From assembly GCF_000181795.1 (NCBI RefSeq), contig NW_003526945.1, forward strand, positions 5,247,094-5,311,093: a stretch of DNA of 64,000 bases, given 5' to 3'. The stretch's first letter is position 1. Every line of letters begins with the position of its first letter. Shown here in pieces: positions 27,578-41,510 of this stretch. A program made the translations under genes and the position numbers. A model generated the notes under the pieces. The model was not told the origin of the DNA. It made no database searches and was given only the letters and a program-made list of their open reading frames with translations. The DNA is from Trichinella spiralis. Taxonomy: Eukaryota.

Positions 27578-30500
27578 ATTTACCTGAAATGTTCATTATG
27601 TATCTTAATAAAATTTAAAAACTTTTATATGTAATTTCTACACAGTACATTCAACTGACATTCACTTTTCCAACGTTTACAATCAAAACAGTCATACTTG
27701 TGAGATTTCTTCAATTTCCATATTTTGGATTATTTATATTTATCAGTATAAACGTTTAGCGTGATAATTAATGTTTTCATTGTAGAATGCTAGTGAAAAA
27801 TTCAACATGAAATTATGACTTTCAAAACAAACAAAAAAGAAACGTATAAATACAAAACCGTTGGAAAGTATTTTATAATTTTTAATAAACTTCAAAAATT
27901 ATTAAATGTAACATTGAAAAATAATATTATATCAGATAATTGTTAAGATTATACGGTCAGCCCTCAGCATTCGTGGATTTCAAAACTGGAAAAACATAAA
28001 TCCTATTTTGTGCCCTAGTGTGCATGCATGCTGTGGATCTGCAGGTTCAGTGCAACGTTGTTTACGCTTATAAATTTCCACCCCATAACAGTAGCAATAA
28101 CGACTTAATCAAACTGGGAGGCTAAATAAACGCTGCTTACGCTAAGATGAAAAAGATAAAAACATTCAGGGGAAGGGAAAGAGGCGCTGTGAATTGGAGA
28201 TTGGCTTACGTCAGCAGGCGATTCCGGACACATGCCCAGACGGGTCAACTAGTCCAGATATGTCTGGAAGTGCAAAATTTCTGCTTTCATGCTAGCATAT
28301 TCAGCTTCAAGTGCAACACAGCGTGCGAATAACGCAACATTTCAATAAATACGTAATGAATGAAGTAAATTCTACATGTTTTTTGAAAGTCACAATGTTT
28401 TTTGAAAAACATGCGCCGGACAGTCCATCCACTACTGGCAATAATTTTGAGAATTATACATTCGATCAACCGAATAAAAAGATTATTACGAGATAAATAA
28501 TTAGCATGCAAATTAGTAGACAGCTCCTGATATCCCTTTCAGCTTTCAGACAACTACGAAAAATTGATTACAAGGTGAATGTTCAGGGCCGACTGTATTA
28601 ATAAATGATTTTGACTGTTACAATGCTTATAGTTATAACAGAAAATATTTTTCTTACCACCAGTTCCATGAGCAAGAAGATATTGGCAAGTTGGGTTGAA
28701 AACGAGCTTCAATGTATTTGTCTGTACATCAGCAGCTAAAACAGTTTACTGTAATTGTGATTTTAAAGTTCACATATTTTTCTTTTTTCTGCTTTTCAAA
28801 ATTTACTTTAAAAATGCTGCATTTAACACAATATTTTATTTTATTTTACTTTATTGTAAAATAACGGATTTAACTTTCAATCTTTCTCTACCAAGTAAAA
28901 TGTTAATTCATCTATACGCAACATGAATCTGCAGCTTAATATCCAGTGATTAATAAATTTGTTGCGTGTTGGCATTTTGAAATAAATATTAATCATTATT
29001 AAAAATTATAATTATTATTTAGAAAATTTAAAGCGAAAAAATATTTGATCAGTATTAAAGGAATGGGAAATTGTTGTTTTTTATTTTATTATTGTTATTT
29101 TATTATTATTGCTAATGTAACATTATTTGTATCATTGTTTGCAATAATGTAATTTTAAAAATAATAAGAAATATAAGCAGTAACTATCACAATTGATTAT
29201 GCAATCATTTAATAAGATATTACCTTTTGAGAGCAGTTTATAAACAGACTGCATTTCAGGTAATAAGCAAATTTTATATTGTGTAATATGCTATTTTGAA
29301 ATAAAATTTTGAAATTTTTGAGAAAAATGTTTTCCCCAAAAAATGACGTGAATTGATTTTAATTGACCAGAAAACATAAGGAAACGACTATAAACGTATA
29401 CGGACTGTTCCTACTTGTATTCTTCGCGGAAAACTAAGGAATTTTCATTTGTTTAAAGATAGGTAATGCGTCAACGCTACGGTCCATTTATTCCACAACT
29501 ACTTGGCAGTTTATGATGGAACTCTGCATAACATTATCATTTATCAATGTAAATGTCTCCCCTTCGAAAAATGGAAATTGTCATAAAAAGCTTTTCTACA
29601 TTCTTCGCAAAAAAGCAAATTCCAACAAAATTTCAAAGTTTTTGGTAACAAGTTTTTCTGTAAATCTATTTGAGTCGATCGGTTAAGAGATTACGGACAT
29701 ACTGCCAACTAATCCGCACTGTTCAGAGTTGCGTATTTATCGAGGTCTGCCAGAAGAAGTGAAATCAAAATTGAGATGTTAATGATGATGAAATGAAAAA
29801 AAGTAAACACACGTTAGGTAAATATGCATATAAGATGATTTCTTTAATTTTTATAATAAGACAAGCCAAAAATTGCAAATTATTTTAATAATAATTGTTC
29901 CTGATTTTCATTTATGTCTTACACCATTTTTAAGATCTAATACTTTTTTCAAAGAAATTTTGATTGCGTACGCTTCAGAGATACGAATTATCCAAAATTA
30001 TTACACTGGAATGGAATTTTCATGTAACATGACAGTTTTTCTCTTCTGTAGATGTCGAATTCTCTGCCACACTAGCATAACCCTGAAGTACTCGTCGACT
30101 TCTCATCCTCGAAGTTCTTCTTGTCGTCCTGATATTTATTATGCATTGTTTCTCGGCGCTGATCGTGACGTGTCTCTCATGATATGAAATTATCCCCTGT
30201 CACTGGCGCTGTCCACCTTGTCTCATGAATAACGAAACTGCTGTCTAACATTACACGTAGTATTACTGTACCTTCTGAATAATCCCTTTCTTCTTGCATA
30301 TTTTTAAAGTAATTACAGATCATGTTCACAAGTATTTACCGTTGAAGATTTTTGTTGCTTAAATTTATTTTTCGATAAAAAATTGCTTATTATGAATCTT
30401 TTCTTTAGAGTAACAATTTCTTTGCAACAAATTTAATTACAACTCATTTTTATATTGTGCTACGAGCATTTTAAATAAATGTTTTTGAATCTGCAATGAA

Positions 30501-31368
30501 AAGTAACAAAGTTGACTGAAGTTATGCTATTTATCATCGACACTTATTATATTGCACTACATCTAAGCTAATTATTTCCTTAATATCATTTTATGTTTAT
30601 GCCTACTGAATTAAAGAAAACGTGAATTGAAATTTTTACCAGTGCAATATCCAAGTTAACACTATAACACTTAGTAAAAAATGTCCAGTGAAACAATTTC
30701 ATTTAGTAGGATAACATTAATTATTAATATTACACTCTGAATAACTGTTCTTTATATTCTTCTGAAGAAAAAATCTATCTATGAACTGAACGACGCTTTT
30801 ATTTATTCAATAATACAAAATCGAATTTTATAAGAAATAATTATGTTCAGTATGAATATTTAGCGCTCAATATTTATTATGAATTACATGTTCATTATGA
30901 ATATTCATTATTTTTTTATTTGAATCCTAATCTGAAATAATGTACAGTGCCAAATGAACTCATTACATGATCATAGAAATTCGTACAGCATAATCATTCT
31001 TGAACAAAGTTCATCGCGTGACAATAACTTCAATCACCTGAAAACAACGTTTGGCCTCTTTGGAAACGACACTAATCTATGTTTCACTACACAATATGAA
31101 CCCGCATATATGGATCAACAACGGAGACATAAAAAATCCCATAGAAAGTTAAGCTCTACAAACCAAAAATTATCAGTGCATGTAGAAGAGCTGTAAAATT
31201 TGGTATCGCATACAGAAGTTCTAATATGAAGTCATTATGAAGTTATGAAACTTTCCATTCTGTTAACAGTAAGCTGTTCTCGACAAAATGCATAGACACG
31301 TAGATGTACTGCTTTTATTGACCAAAGAACGGAATAAAAAATCAACGTATAAGTTTTTATTCCACATT

Positions 31369-32760
31369 TTATTTCTGACGATGGTAAATTTCAAAGCACT
31401 GTTTACCTCGCACTGCGTGTACTCGAACGCTGCACTTAGTGCACATATTCCGGGTGTCTCGTCTGCATTCTTTGCAACATCCTTGTGGTCCTGTACCACG
31501 AATATGGTTTACACCATCGAACTGGATGTCAGGCAATTGTGACATTAAGCCTGATGCCGCTCTTGGGGATGAAATTCGTTCTGATCGCTGGAAGCCAACA
31601 AGACCTTGTCGACGAAACACCAAGGGACTGTGTGATCTTTCATCAATGAAACAGTGAATTTGCCAAGCAGCCACAGTAGCAACGTTCACCGCACGGACAA
31701 ACAAAGGCCAATACCATTTTTTGCCTCTTATTGTAAGACGATAGGCAGCAGCCAGTCATTCAAGAAGGTCAACTTCCCCCATGCCAATCATATATGATCT
31801 AACTGTGTTCAGTATTTGTATATCTGTTCTTTGCTTTGCCTTGTAACAAACTCAAAGTTTGTCTTATAGTTCTGGAGTTTTCTTGAATAACGGCAACCAT
31901 GTCAGTGACAACTCTGGTGCTCAATGGAACTTTCGAAGCTTGGAATTCTTTACCTTGATCAACCACATAGCATTAATACTTTGTAGTCGAACTGAATCAT
32001 TTTGCCTTTCATGAGCATTTTAACCCTATGGCGACCACAGTATAATACTATTAATTCATCGACGCTAAATTCCTCATGGAACATGCCATGCTGGATAAGA
32101 GTGGCGTTAGGTACTTTATAAGGAGGGATTACATTGTTCACCTTGTCAACATTTACCAGTCCAAGATGTCAGCCACGTAAAAATACTTCTTTATCTCCAA
32201 ATACCATTTTTGACTCATGGAACTGATGGCTACCTGTGTACCCATGTCTGGCTTAGTAGGCCAGTAGTGCTTTGTTTCCAGAACACAGTGATATCCAGAC
32301 AGCAGTATCAGTTTAATGAATTGCCTTATCTCCTGCAAATATTGAAGTACTCTAAATGCCCTGCTGTTGCCTTCCCTGCTGGCATATAAATTTGACTGAA
32401 ATACAATGTGGTCCATAGCTTTATCTGTAACCGTTTTTAACAACACTTGAAACAGTGTCAGAGAAGCCATACGATGAGAATTTTGATTCGGTTGAAGTTG
32501 ATCGACAGGAAAGATCATATCCAGATGTTCAGACTTCAGATTTTTATCTTCACGCTCCTCCATATAAAGTACTTCTTCATCTTCCAACTTACCTGCTGGA
32601 TCAAATTCATCTTCTGGGCAATCAGGTAAGTACTCAAAGTCACTGTGATCACTGCGTGAATCTGCAGTTGCTGGAAGTTACACAATGACGTTTATTACTT
32701 GATCTGAAACGGCGATAGCGTTTTTCGCTTTCTCTAATGTCATAACCTTCTTCCTTCTAA
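31369..32760 (-). mobile_element. Degenerate piggyBac (PGBD2/3-like) transposase with stops, frameshifts and deletions
   Basis: Fragments EIRQFIKLILLSGYH..ETKHYW..PDMG, FSVDELIVLYCGRHRVKMLMKGKMIQFDYKVLMLCG, MGEVDLL..AYRLTIRGKKWYWPLFVRAVNVATVAAW, and the C-terminal Cys-rich domain IQFDGVNH..GCCKECRRDTRNMCTKCSVRVH..CFEIYH. Confidence 0.9.
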
Positions 32761-33925
32761 TGAATATTTGTTGACCACTGTTGAAGATGTTTAAGCTTTA
32801 TAGCTGGTGGATGCTTCTTTTTTATCTTTCGTCAGGGTTTTCCATTTTACTATTACGTCACAGCTTCATTCCCAGAGCAATATGTTAAGAAGGAAAATTA
32901 AGACTGTTATCAAATACTGATAATTAGCGCCCCATCATACAGGATATCTCGACGAACTCTTGCAGATATCATTTCTTCCATTCCTCCTATCCTTCCGCTG
33001 CTATTCTCAAATACGCACTTATTCGAAAACTCAAAATATAGCAGTCCCAAGTAAGCTGCTACAACTCAATAATTGTGATTACTGGACATGGAATGACTAA
33101 TAAATAAAACTCAACCACTTTTCTGTCCACAGCTGAACCCTAATGTCTACTCGACAAAGCATGGGCCATGAAAATGTTCAGTTGTAAAAAAATACAGAAT
33201 TCTATTAAGAAATATCCATTAAAGCAAATTATTTATTCTCTACTTATAATAAACAACATTAATTAAGAAACATAAGAAAGAGATGCATATGACTTCATAG
33301 CTCAAATTTAAATAAATAGTACATTTAATATTTCCTCTCACAAGTCTAATTCACAGCGTAACTGAACAGAATATGCTTATTAAACGTACCGCTAGCTTTT
33401 TATCGTTCACTACCATTTTCTTTTAAGGGACTTCTAAATTTAGATAAATTAACTGCAATAAATATGGTACAAGTAAGGCATAAAACACATTTTCTTATGT
33501 TATTCAACGTTGGACACTGTCCATAACGTTATTCTATATAGGCCGCACACTGTTCGTCAACAATTATAGAACGTACAGCAAATGAATGGAAATTTGAATA
33601 AAGCTTATGTTAAACAACTACTACATTATTTGTTCCATTAAGAATATCGTTCTCCTTTAGATAATTATCTTAAAATGCACTAATTTGAAGAACTCATCAA
33701 ATGACAGAATATTAAGATTGAATTCCAATTGAATACAAAATATACCTTAACAAATTGTACGCAACGTTTTCAACTGCAAAACCAAAAGACCTAGAAATCT
33801 TCAAAGTTTGGAAAATTATCAAAAGCTAACATGAGAGGATACAATTGTCAACTACATGCGTTCATCTGATTCTCACGTACATTATTTTTCTTTCTCAAAA
33901 AATACTCAATATATACAACAAAACA

Positions 33926-34828
33926 AAACTGAGATCTCACATCGATGTAGTCATTCTATTAATTTTAATTATCAAATGGGTGATTGATCATTTTTCAGAA
34001 ATCAAAATAACTAATAAGAACAAGTCACATCTGAATCACTGATGCTACTCAAACTGCCCCGGGGTAATTTTCAGAAACCGCAACCATTATCCTTCAATTG
34101 TTGAATTTAAACCACACTGATGTGGCGATAATGCGGTCATTGCTAGGCAATCAAATACACACTTGGCTATTGAGAACGCAACGCAGTGAAGAAAATTAAT
34201 TTGCATACTTGAAAAATCATGCTCCAGTAACGTTGAAAAACAAACATTCAAAACGTAAATCCGCCATTATCAATTACGCCTATTTACCACAAATAATATG
34301 CACAGGAATTTTAAAAATTTAACTTGATATGCTAAGGATAAATCAATTTCAATATATAATGCACATATCTCATTTTCATTGTTCAATTGCAATTATGGAA
34401 CATCATATAAATATCAGAAACTATAAAACAACACTATTCAATTATGTTTGTAAATTATGAACTACATACTTATTGTCACCTTTATATTTATCATTTAGTA
34501 AGCATTTACAGAAAACGCAACTTACCAACACAAGTAGCCATACATGAATGTCATTTTTTACGGATATCGTCATCAGGGCTTTGGCTGCATTTAGCATAAT
34601 AATAATTTTGCCTGAAATAAAATTTATAAATTTGTATAAACTATTTTATCATTCTCCAAAATGGGAATAAGCTATTTACTTGCTTAAAAAATGCATACAA
34701 TTTGAGATGATGTTTCGGCGACACATTTCTCACAGATTTTACACGTTGCAGTGCTTTTTCAAAATCCATGCGAATAGCCGACAAATGCATTACAGAAGCT
34801 GTGAAAATTGTCGCAGGCAAACTTGGAG
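33926..34828 (-). repeat. Inverted second copy of 24528..25430 (includes the ACBP pseudogene copy)
   Basis: Reverse-complement match; ends 3 nt before the N-gap at 34832..34841. Confidence 0.95.
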
Positions 34829-34831
34829 GAA

Positions 34832-34841
34832 NNNNNNNNNN
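34832..34841. other. Assembly gap (N x10)
   Basis: Run of n. Confidence 1.
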
Positions 34842-34946
34842 TCGATCGGCTTCGGGTCGTCCTCGATCGGCTTCGTGTGGTCCTCGATCTGCATCGTGTC
34901 GTCGCGATCTACTTCGTGTGTCCGCGTTTTCACTCTCTTTTCTCAT
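34842..34946 (-). CDS. 5' end of a charged heptad-repeat protein running into the gap
   Basis: MRKESENADTRSRSRRH-DADRGPH-EADRGRP-EADR..., with ~21-nt periodicity (cgatcggcttcg...gtcct). Confidence 0.45.
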
Positions 34947-36550
34947 TGATCATATCTGTAAAAATGGTAAATGTTAAATCAAAACCTTTTCGCACTTTAT
35001 TACACAGTGGAATTAAAAAATTGAACAAAGAATTTTCAAATAAAAGAAGTAACTGATTTTCAATTAAGCATAACGTTAACAAAAATGATTGTACATGGAG
35101 AGTTTCGAAAAAAAAGTAAGTACTTTCAACGATTAAAAACCGACTTCAGTAGCTACCTAACGCCTGCGTTTGACGCTTGGCGATGCCGCTACTTGCCACG
35201 CAAGTCAAACAAACAAGCGCACCATTACTGATTGATGATAAAGCAATTTTCAAGCGATCCTCATTTGCATACTGTAGCGCTAGAAACCGGTTTGAGCTGA
35301 TTGGAAAATTTTCTGGACGAGGAATTAATTCTAATCGAACGCTATGAAATTAGGAAAATTGAAATCTCAAGCACAGCGAACCGCTTATCTAGAGAATGAA
35401 AAGCATTAGATGAAACTCATTTCAATTTACTTGAAAAGGGAGTTGGAATGCACAATTAAAAGTCAGCCATTGGGGGACTGTTTGAAAAATCAGAAAAGGC
35501 CCTGGCCATTAAAAATCCATCAAAAATTTAAACTATCCGATAGAATCCCAAACAAACAAAAATTGACTTAGTCAAAACACGCCTCTGCATGTCTGAAATT
35601 CACATTTGAAAATTCAAAAATGACCTACATAAATGGAACTCATCGCAAAATCTGTTCACTAAATTATAAGCACATTGGCTGCGTATGCTGACAAACAAAG
35701 TTAATGAAACAAAAAAATGTTATTTACCAAATGTCTCTGATGCTGCTCTAAAGATGAAGTCTTACGTAATCTCAACTTAATATGAAAAACAAAAAGTGCG
35801 GTTTTACAGTGAAAAATATCTTACTTATATATTGCATACTACAAATTCGGGTAATTTCATTAAACTAAGAAATAACTTCACCCTTTCGAAGTATCCTTAG
35901 CCCTGCTTCACAGATCTACAATAAATCGGTTTTACCTCTTGTTTTCTATTGTTCTGCTTCGTGTCGTCCGTGTTTTCACACTTTCTTTACACCATTCTTT
36001 AAACCTGTAATGATGATATTAAATCAAAACTGTCTTCACTTTATCACAAAGTTGAATTACAACAAATATAATAATTAAGTGCTATTTAATTTAAAAATAA
36101 TTGTTTACATGTTTACATATACAAGTTTTAAAAAATAAAAAGCAGAAAAGTGGAATACTTGTCAGTAATTCTGAAACCGACTTCAGCAGCTACTTAACGC
36201 CCGTAATGAACTCAGAGAACGTTCAACGATGCTACTAATTGGCACGTAAATTAAACAAACAAACGCACCCTTACTGATGATAAGGCGCGTTATGGCGATA
36301 GTTATTTGCATAATGCAGCGTTGAAAACCGGTTTTTAGTGCGTTAGAACTTTTGGCTGAAGATAAAAGCTAACCTAAGCCGCGATACAATATAAGCAGAA
36401 TGAATGCACTGCTAAATTCTACCAGTAAGGAAAGGACTATTTGAAAATTCAAAAATGACCTTGACATTTAAACTTCAGTCAAAACATAAACTATCTGACA
36501 AAAAACGCCATAACAAAACCAAATTGACTTAGACAAAACACACCTACGTA
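34913..36550. repeat. Diverged tandem duplication (~34913..35590 vs ~35958..36550)
   Basis: Collinear conserved blocks: ttcgtgt..tccg.gttttcac; ttaaatcaaaac; aaaccgacttcag(t/c)agctac(c/t)taacgcc; aaacaaacaa.cgcacc.ttactgat; atttgcata..g.agcg...aaaccggttt; aaattgacttag.caaaacac. Confidence 0.75.
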
Positions 36551-37189
36551 TTTCTGAAAAATTTTCTTAAGTCAGAAAAGCAAGTAGCTGAAATGAAGCT
36601 AATTTTAAGTGAACAATTTGCGGGCAAAAGCTTGCTTATGGTCAATTAAAAGTGCACGTTAGCTACTGCAAAGGTGATTTTCGAAAGATGGTATTTTAAT
36701 AATAGACAAACAATGCGTACAGGGTGTTTTTAATCAATGTCGATTCTCTATTGTATTGTTAAGTGATTATGACTTAAAAATGAAAAAACTGCCACTTACT
36801 GCTGAATGCGCCATTTTTTCATCATTAATGTTCATTGTCTTTGAATGTTTATTTAAAAATTATTTTTCAGAAATTGTTCCAAAAAATAATAATGAATAAA
36901 AAGCAAAAATAGTGTTTGGCATCAGTGTTTGTCTTCAGTGAATTTTCCAATCAAAACGCTGAGCTACCATCCACGGACGGCCCCAAACTGAAATGATTTC
37001 CATTATGTCAATAAAGCGAGCGACATCGCATGCAAATTTTTATTTTATTCATTTCTGCTGATAAATATGGCTACTGTAGATTTTTCATTGCTCTTTATTT
37101 ACTTAATGCATTCTGTTTGAGGAGAGAATTTAATTGGAGCTTTGCCAAACATTACATATAACATTATAAACACTTCTCATTACACAATG

Positions 37190-38130
37190 ACCTTGTCCAT
37201 TGTGTATGTTTGGTGATGGTTGCTCCAAATGAATTCGTATGTATCTGTGGTCATGCAGGTCTGAGAATTCATTTTGACGTAATGAAGCCTCGCTATAGGC
37301 GCCTGCCATTCTTCATTTTAGGAATTATATTCCAAAAATGATAACAGTTTATAAAAATAATAAACATTTATTTATGCTAAATAGTTTATTGTTATAAAAC
37401 CTTAACTTCATAATTTCTAAAAGAATGCAATCAACAGATATTATTTTGGAATATGAATAATGTAATGGGATAATGATGGACAGAGTTGTGGGAGTGATGT
37501 ATCTTCAGTGTGAGTAAGCACTGCAGAGATAGGGTTTAGAACTTTTGAAGCAGACCAATTTTGCCGGATATTGCCAATGTGGACGACAAGATCGTGGCAA
37601 CGACGACAATAGCCAAGCATGCCCACATTGAAACCTAAATTTAGTTGCATTTAGTTGTACAGTAATCTTTATCAGTGTATCGAATTTTCGACTTGGCATT
37701 TTGGCTTTAACCAACGCAATGTTGAACACCATTTGTCATTGGAGTTCTTTCGCTGCAAGTTTTGAATGCCGCTTTAAACAAGAAGCGATCAGAAAATTGA
37801 ACGTTTCTCATACTGTATATTATTACAGTATAACTTTTGTGAAGTTTCATCTTCAATAAATCAGTCTGCAGCACCATGTTTGTAGGGTGAAATTTGATTT
37901 AAATTTCAACGAATTCGAATTAATTTCGCAAAATTAAAAAAATAACCCAGACAAATAAAAGTCATCGAACGGAAAAGTTCGCGGCAAAGCAACACCCAAG
38001 CAGCGTGCAGTGACGAAAATATGATGGAAATAGGAAATAAAATGATTTTGATCATCAGTTTGAAAATTTCAATAAAACAAAATGAATAGAAACAATGGGC
38101 AGTTTGCAATGAAGAGCAACCTCAGTCAAC
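37190..38130 (-). pseudogene. Possible degenerate trypsin-fold protease remnant
   Basis: Scattered fragments in the expected order: QTAHCF (TAAHC-like), FNIALVK (DIALLK-like), SCRPHWQYPAKLVCF..LCS, ITKHTQWTR. Interrupted by stops; weak. Confidence 0.25.
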
Positions 38131-41100
38131 ATTAAACAAGCGCTTCAATTTTAGTTTTAAATCTCAGCAGTTGAACAGATTGGCATTCGCATACGTCATT
38201 ATATAGCTTGCAGAAAGATGACGGTGAATGACGATATTACCAGCGTTAATTATAATCAGTTCAAAAATTTATTCCCAATCAAACTTTCACACGACAAACC
38301 AGACGTCATCTGTCTAACAATGCAGTGCATTTCCGTTTTTGGCTTGTGCATAATTGATGCAATTTCTCAAAACATCCGGCAAAACATTTTCTGCATGCTT
38401 TGGAAAATTTTCAAATAACTGCAATATTTCGCGCATTCAATTAAATGTACAATTTAAAATGTATGCATTTTAAACGATTTTTCAAGTATCTGAAAATTCA
38501 GCTTTCCATGATTTTTATTTTTTGATCCATTCAAACTGATCATTTCAAAGTAAAACTCATTGCTACTGAAACGATTAATTCATTTATTTTTAATTTATCC
38601 TTCTTTATCAATGAATTGAAACAAATTGAAAATGAAAGTAATAACTTATTGCCTGAGTTTTCTTTATTCATATTGTCATAATATAATTTTTAAGAAAGCA
38701 CCTGTTTCGTAAAACAGAATTTCTATTTCACGAAATAGATTCAGTCGGCTGAGCTTATCATTAATACCAAATATTTCCATAACCATTAACTTGTTATAAA
38801 TATCAACTGTATGCTTTAATTAAGTATGTTTTGCAGAGTTTTTGAGAATGCGATAATATGGCCGTTTAGCATATCCGTCGTGAAATTGTCGCTGTAAAAG
38901 TGTTAATTTAATGAGCAGACAATGACAACATTTCCCTAATTTTAAGCACACTCTATTTAATAACTCTGAATTTAAATTCAATTAATATTTTGGAAGCATT
39001 AAAGCAACAAAAAAAGTTTGTTCCATCGAAGAAAGCCGGTATACGTCTTTTTTTTTCTTTAGTTTAAAAATTGCATAAAAATTAATTTCACTGATCGGTT
39101 TAAAATAAATTTGATATAAACATTTCAGCATTTCGCTTTAGATCTCATTGTGATAAGTGAAGTTAAATTTAACAGCTGAAAAAGTATTGTCAATGTTTTC
39201 CATTGCTATCAATGTTCTTGACATGGTAAAGTGGATGGATTTGCCAGATTACTGATCACGTTATCACTAATATTTTTCTTGCATATTTAAAATTAGTATT
39301 TTTTAAAAATTTGTCTTTGAATATTGGACAAATCTCGTTTTAGTGGCTGCCAAGATGCTAAAACAAAAATGTTTCATTATTATTAAATTTTTACAATTTC
39401 AATACTGCACAACTTATGTGTTTATTATGTTATATTATGTTGGAATAAAATATTTAAAAAAAAGATGTAAATTGTTCTAATATATAAAACTGATATATGA
39501 TTTATTTTGAAAGTTTAACATTGATCAATTATTAGTTAACTACTTACTTCGTCGACGTGCCATTTTCTTCGATTTTATGACTTTCTAAAAACCGGTTTTG
39601 TTACTTAACAAAAAAATCACGTGCAAAATCTTACCAATATATAATAAAATAAGTCTTGATTATATTCTTTATTTTCATTTTTTACATTTCCATCTGTAAA
39701 GTAAAATTCATAATAGTATGTTTTAAATTGCAAATTTTGATTATCATTTTTTTACCGTTTTTTGCGTTGGATATTTTTTTGAACGTTTTCAATTGTTTTG
39801 AAATCTAAATTAATTGATTTTATAAAACAGTGAAAAATACATTGCTGATTTGCAACAGTCTCAGCAAGGCAAAATAGGCAGTTTAAATTACTTCATCAAT
39901 TGGTTGATTGGTATTAATTGAGTATTATTTACACCGTAAATGGTTTAATGATTATTGCATTTGAAAAGAAGAATAAAAATCAGTAATTTATAATGTTTTC
40001 AAATAATTGACAAAATTATTCTTGAATTCAATCTAGAATAATGATCAATCTGAATGTCATACCATCAAATCTTGTATTACATTTTCAATTTTGGTGCGCA
40101 AATCGAGTGAATCAGAAAATTTATTATGAATATTTTGTGGTGCAATTTGCTCAGAATACATCATTGCTAAAAGCAGATAATATGAATATTTGAAATATAG
40201 TTTGAAATTGGAAAAAAAACAAATTTTTTTTCTTACTTGCTATGCTGCAAAACAACAACATATATGCGAACATAGTTGTAATGTATAAATTTTTTAATGA
40301 GCAATTTTAATTGAATAAAAATTACAATAAAGTCGAGTAATAGAGTGTCCGTTGAAATTAATATATAAAATATATATATATATATGTATATATATATTCA
40401 GGAGATAGGAAGAAAGGCCGTAATGAATTGAGAAAATTCCAAGAATGTTGTGGGATGAACAAACAAATTTACACGTCTACAACGTCTGGCAAACATCTTT
40501 ACGAGCATTACTCTCTTTATGAGATGAATTGACAAAAGTAAAAAAATATGGCAATCGATAAGCCAACCAACCAATTAACTAACTATTTATTATTTCGACG
40601 TATCGAATCATACGCCATTTTGCTTTTAATCTGCCGGTATTTGTGTTCTTGGCAGCTGAATTTATCCGAAATTAAAATTTTCCCGCAACATTAAATTACT
40701 TTTTACCACGAAACGAAAAGCTGACGTTTAGCAAATAATTTTCTATTTTTAAAATTACATACTCAAAAAACACAACAAAATGAGTAATTTAATTTTGTTT
40801 GTTTGTTTTTTTGGTAACATCCACGACTCTATTGATTCCTTTGCATATTTTTTTTTTCAAGCATGTTCATTTTTCTTTTCACGTCATGCAATAATAATGG
40901 AAATTAAAGTGGAAAAAAAATTTGTCTGTATATTTTTATTTGTCTGTTCAGATAATTTTTAAAAATGGATGAAATAACAGCATGTTATTTTTCTTGAAAA
41001 AAAAGAATAAAATTGAATAATCTTTTTCAATTTTAATGTTTGATATTGAATTTTATTTGTAAAATGGAAAAAATTAACAATGTAAAACGACGAATGAATT

Positions 41101-41510
41101 CAAATTGAAAATGAAGTACAATTTCAAATCGAATGCAAATTTTTGAACAAAGAATGCATTTCCAATGGAGTTTCGTGCGATGAATTTTTGTTCATTGTCA
41201 ATAATCGTTGTTTTGCAATGGAAATTTATGAAATATTTGGTATGAATAAAATTTCCATTTTATAAAGTTACTACAGTTCATTTTGAATAGAGTATCTAAA
41301 TAAAGAAATGAAAATAAAATGCAAATATAGTAAAAGTTGATCTTTTCAGGTATGCATTCCAAAAGCAGTGCAAAGAATTTACAAAAGTCAATATTTACAA
41401 CGACAAGCGTAAACAAACAATGAATCACATACAATGGTATAAAATTTCCAAAAAACAATAAAACAATTTGAGCAATTCTGTTTTTTTTTCATCATTACTT
41501 TACTCCTGTT

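Noticed and set aside
29400..30300. Coding-like patches (e.g. EITDILPTNPHCSELRIYRGLPEEVKSKLRC)
   Set aside because: Could not assemble a consistent exon chain or recognise a family.
30840..30912. Short repeated tgttca(g/t)tatgaatatt motifs as a possible piggyBac subterminal repeat
   Set aside because: No matching inverted copy identified at the other end of the element.
34641..34946. 101-aa ORF fusing the heptad repeats to an ACBP fragment
   Set aside because: Artefact of translating across the N-gap.
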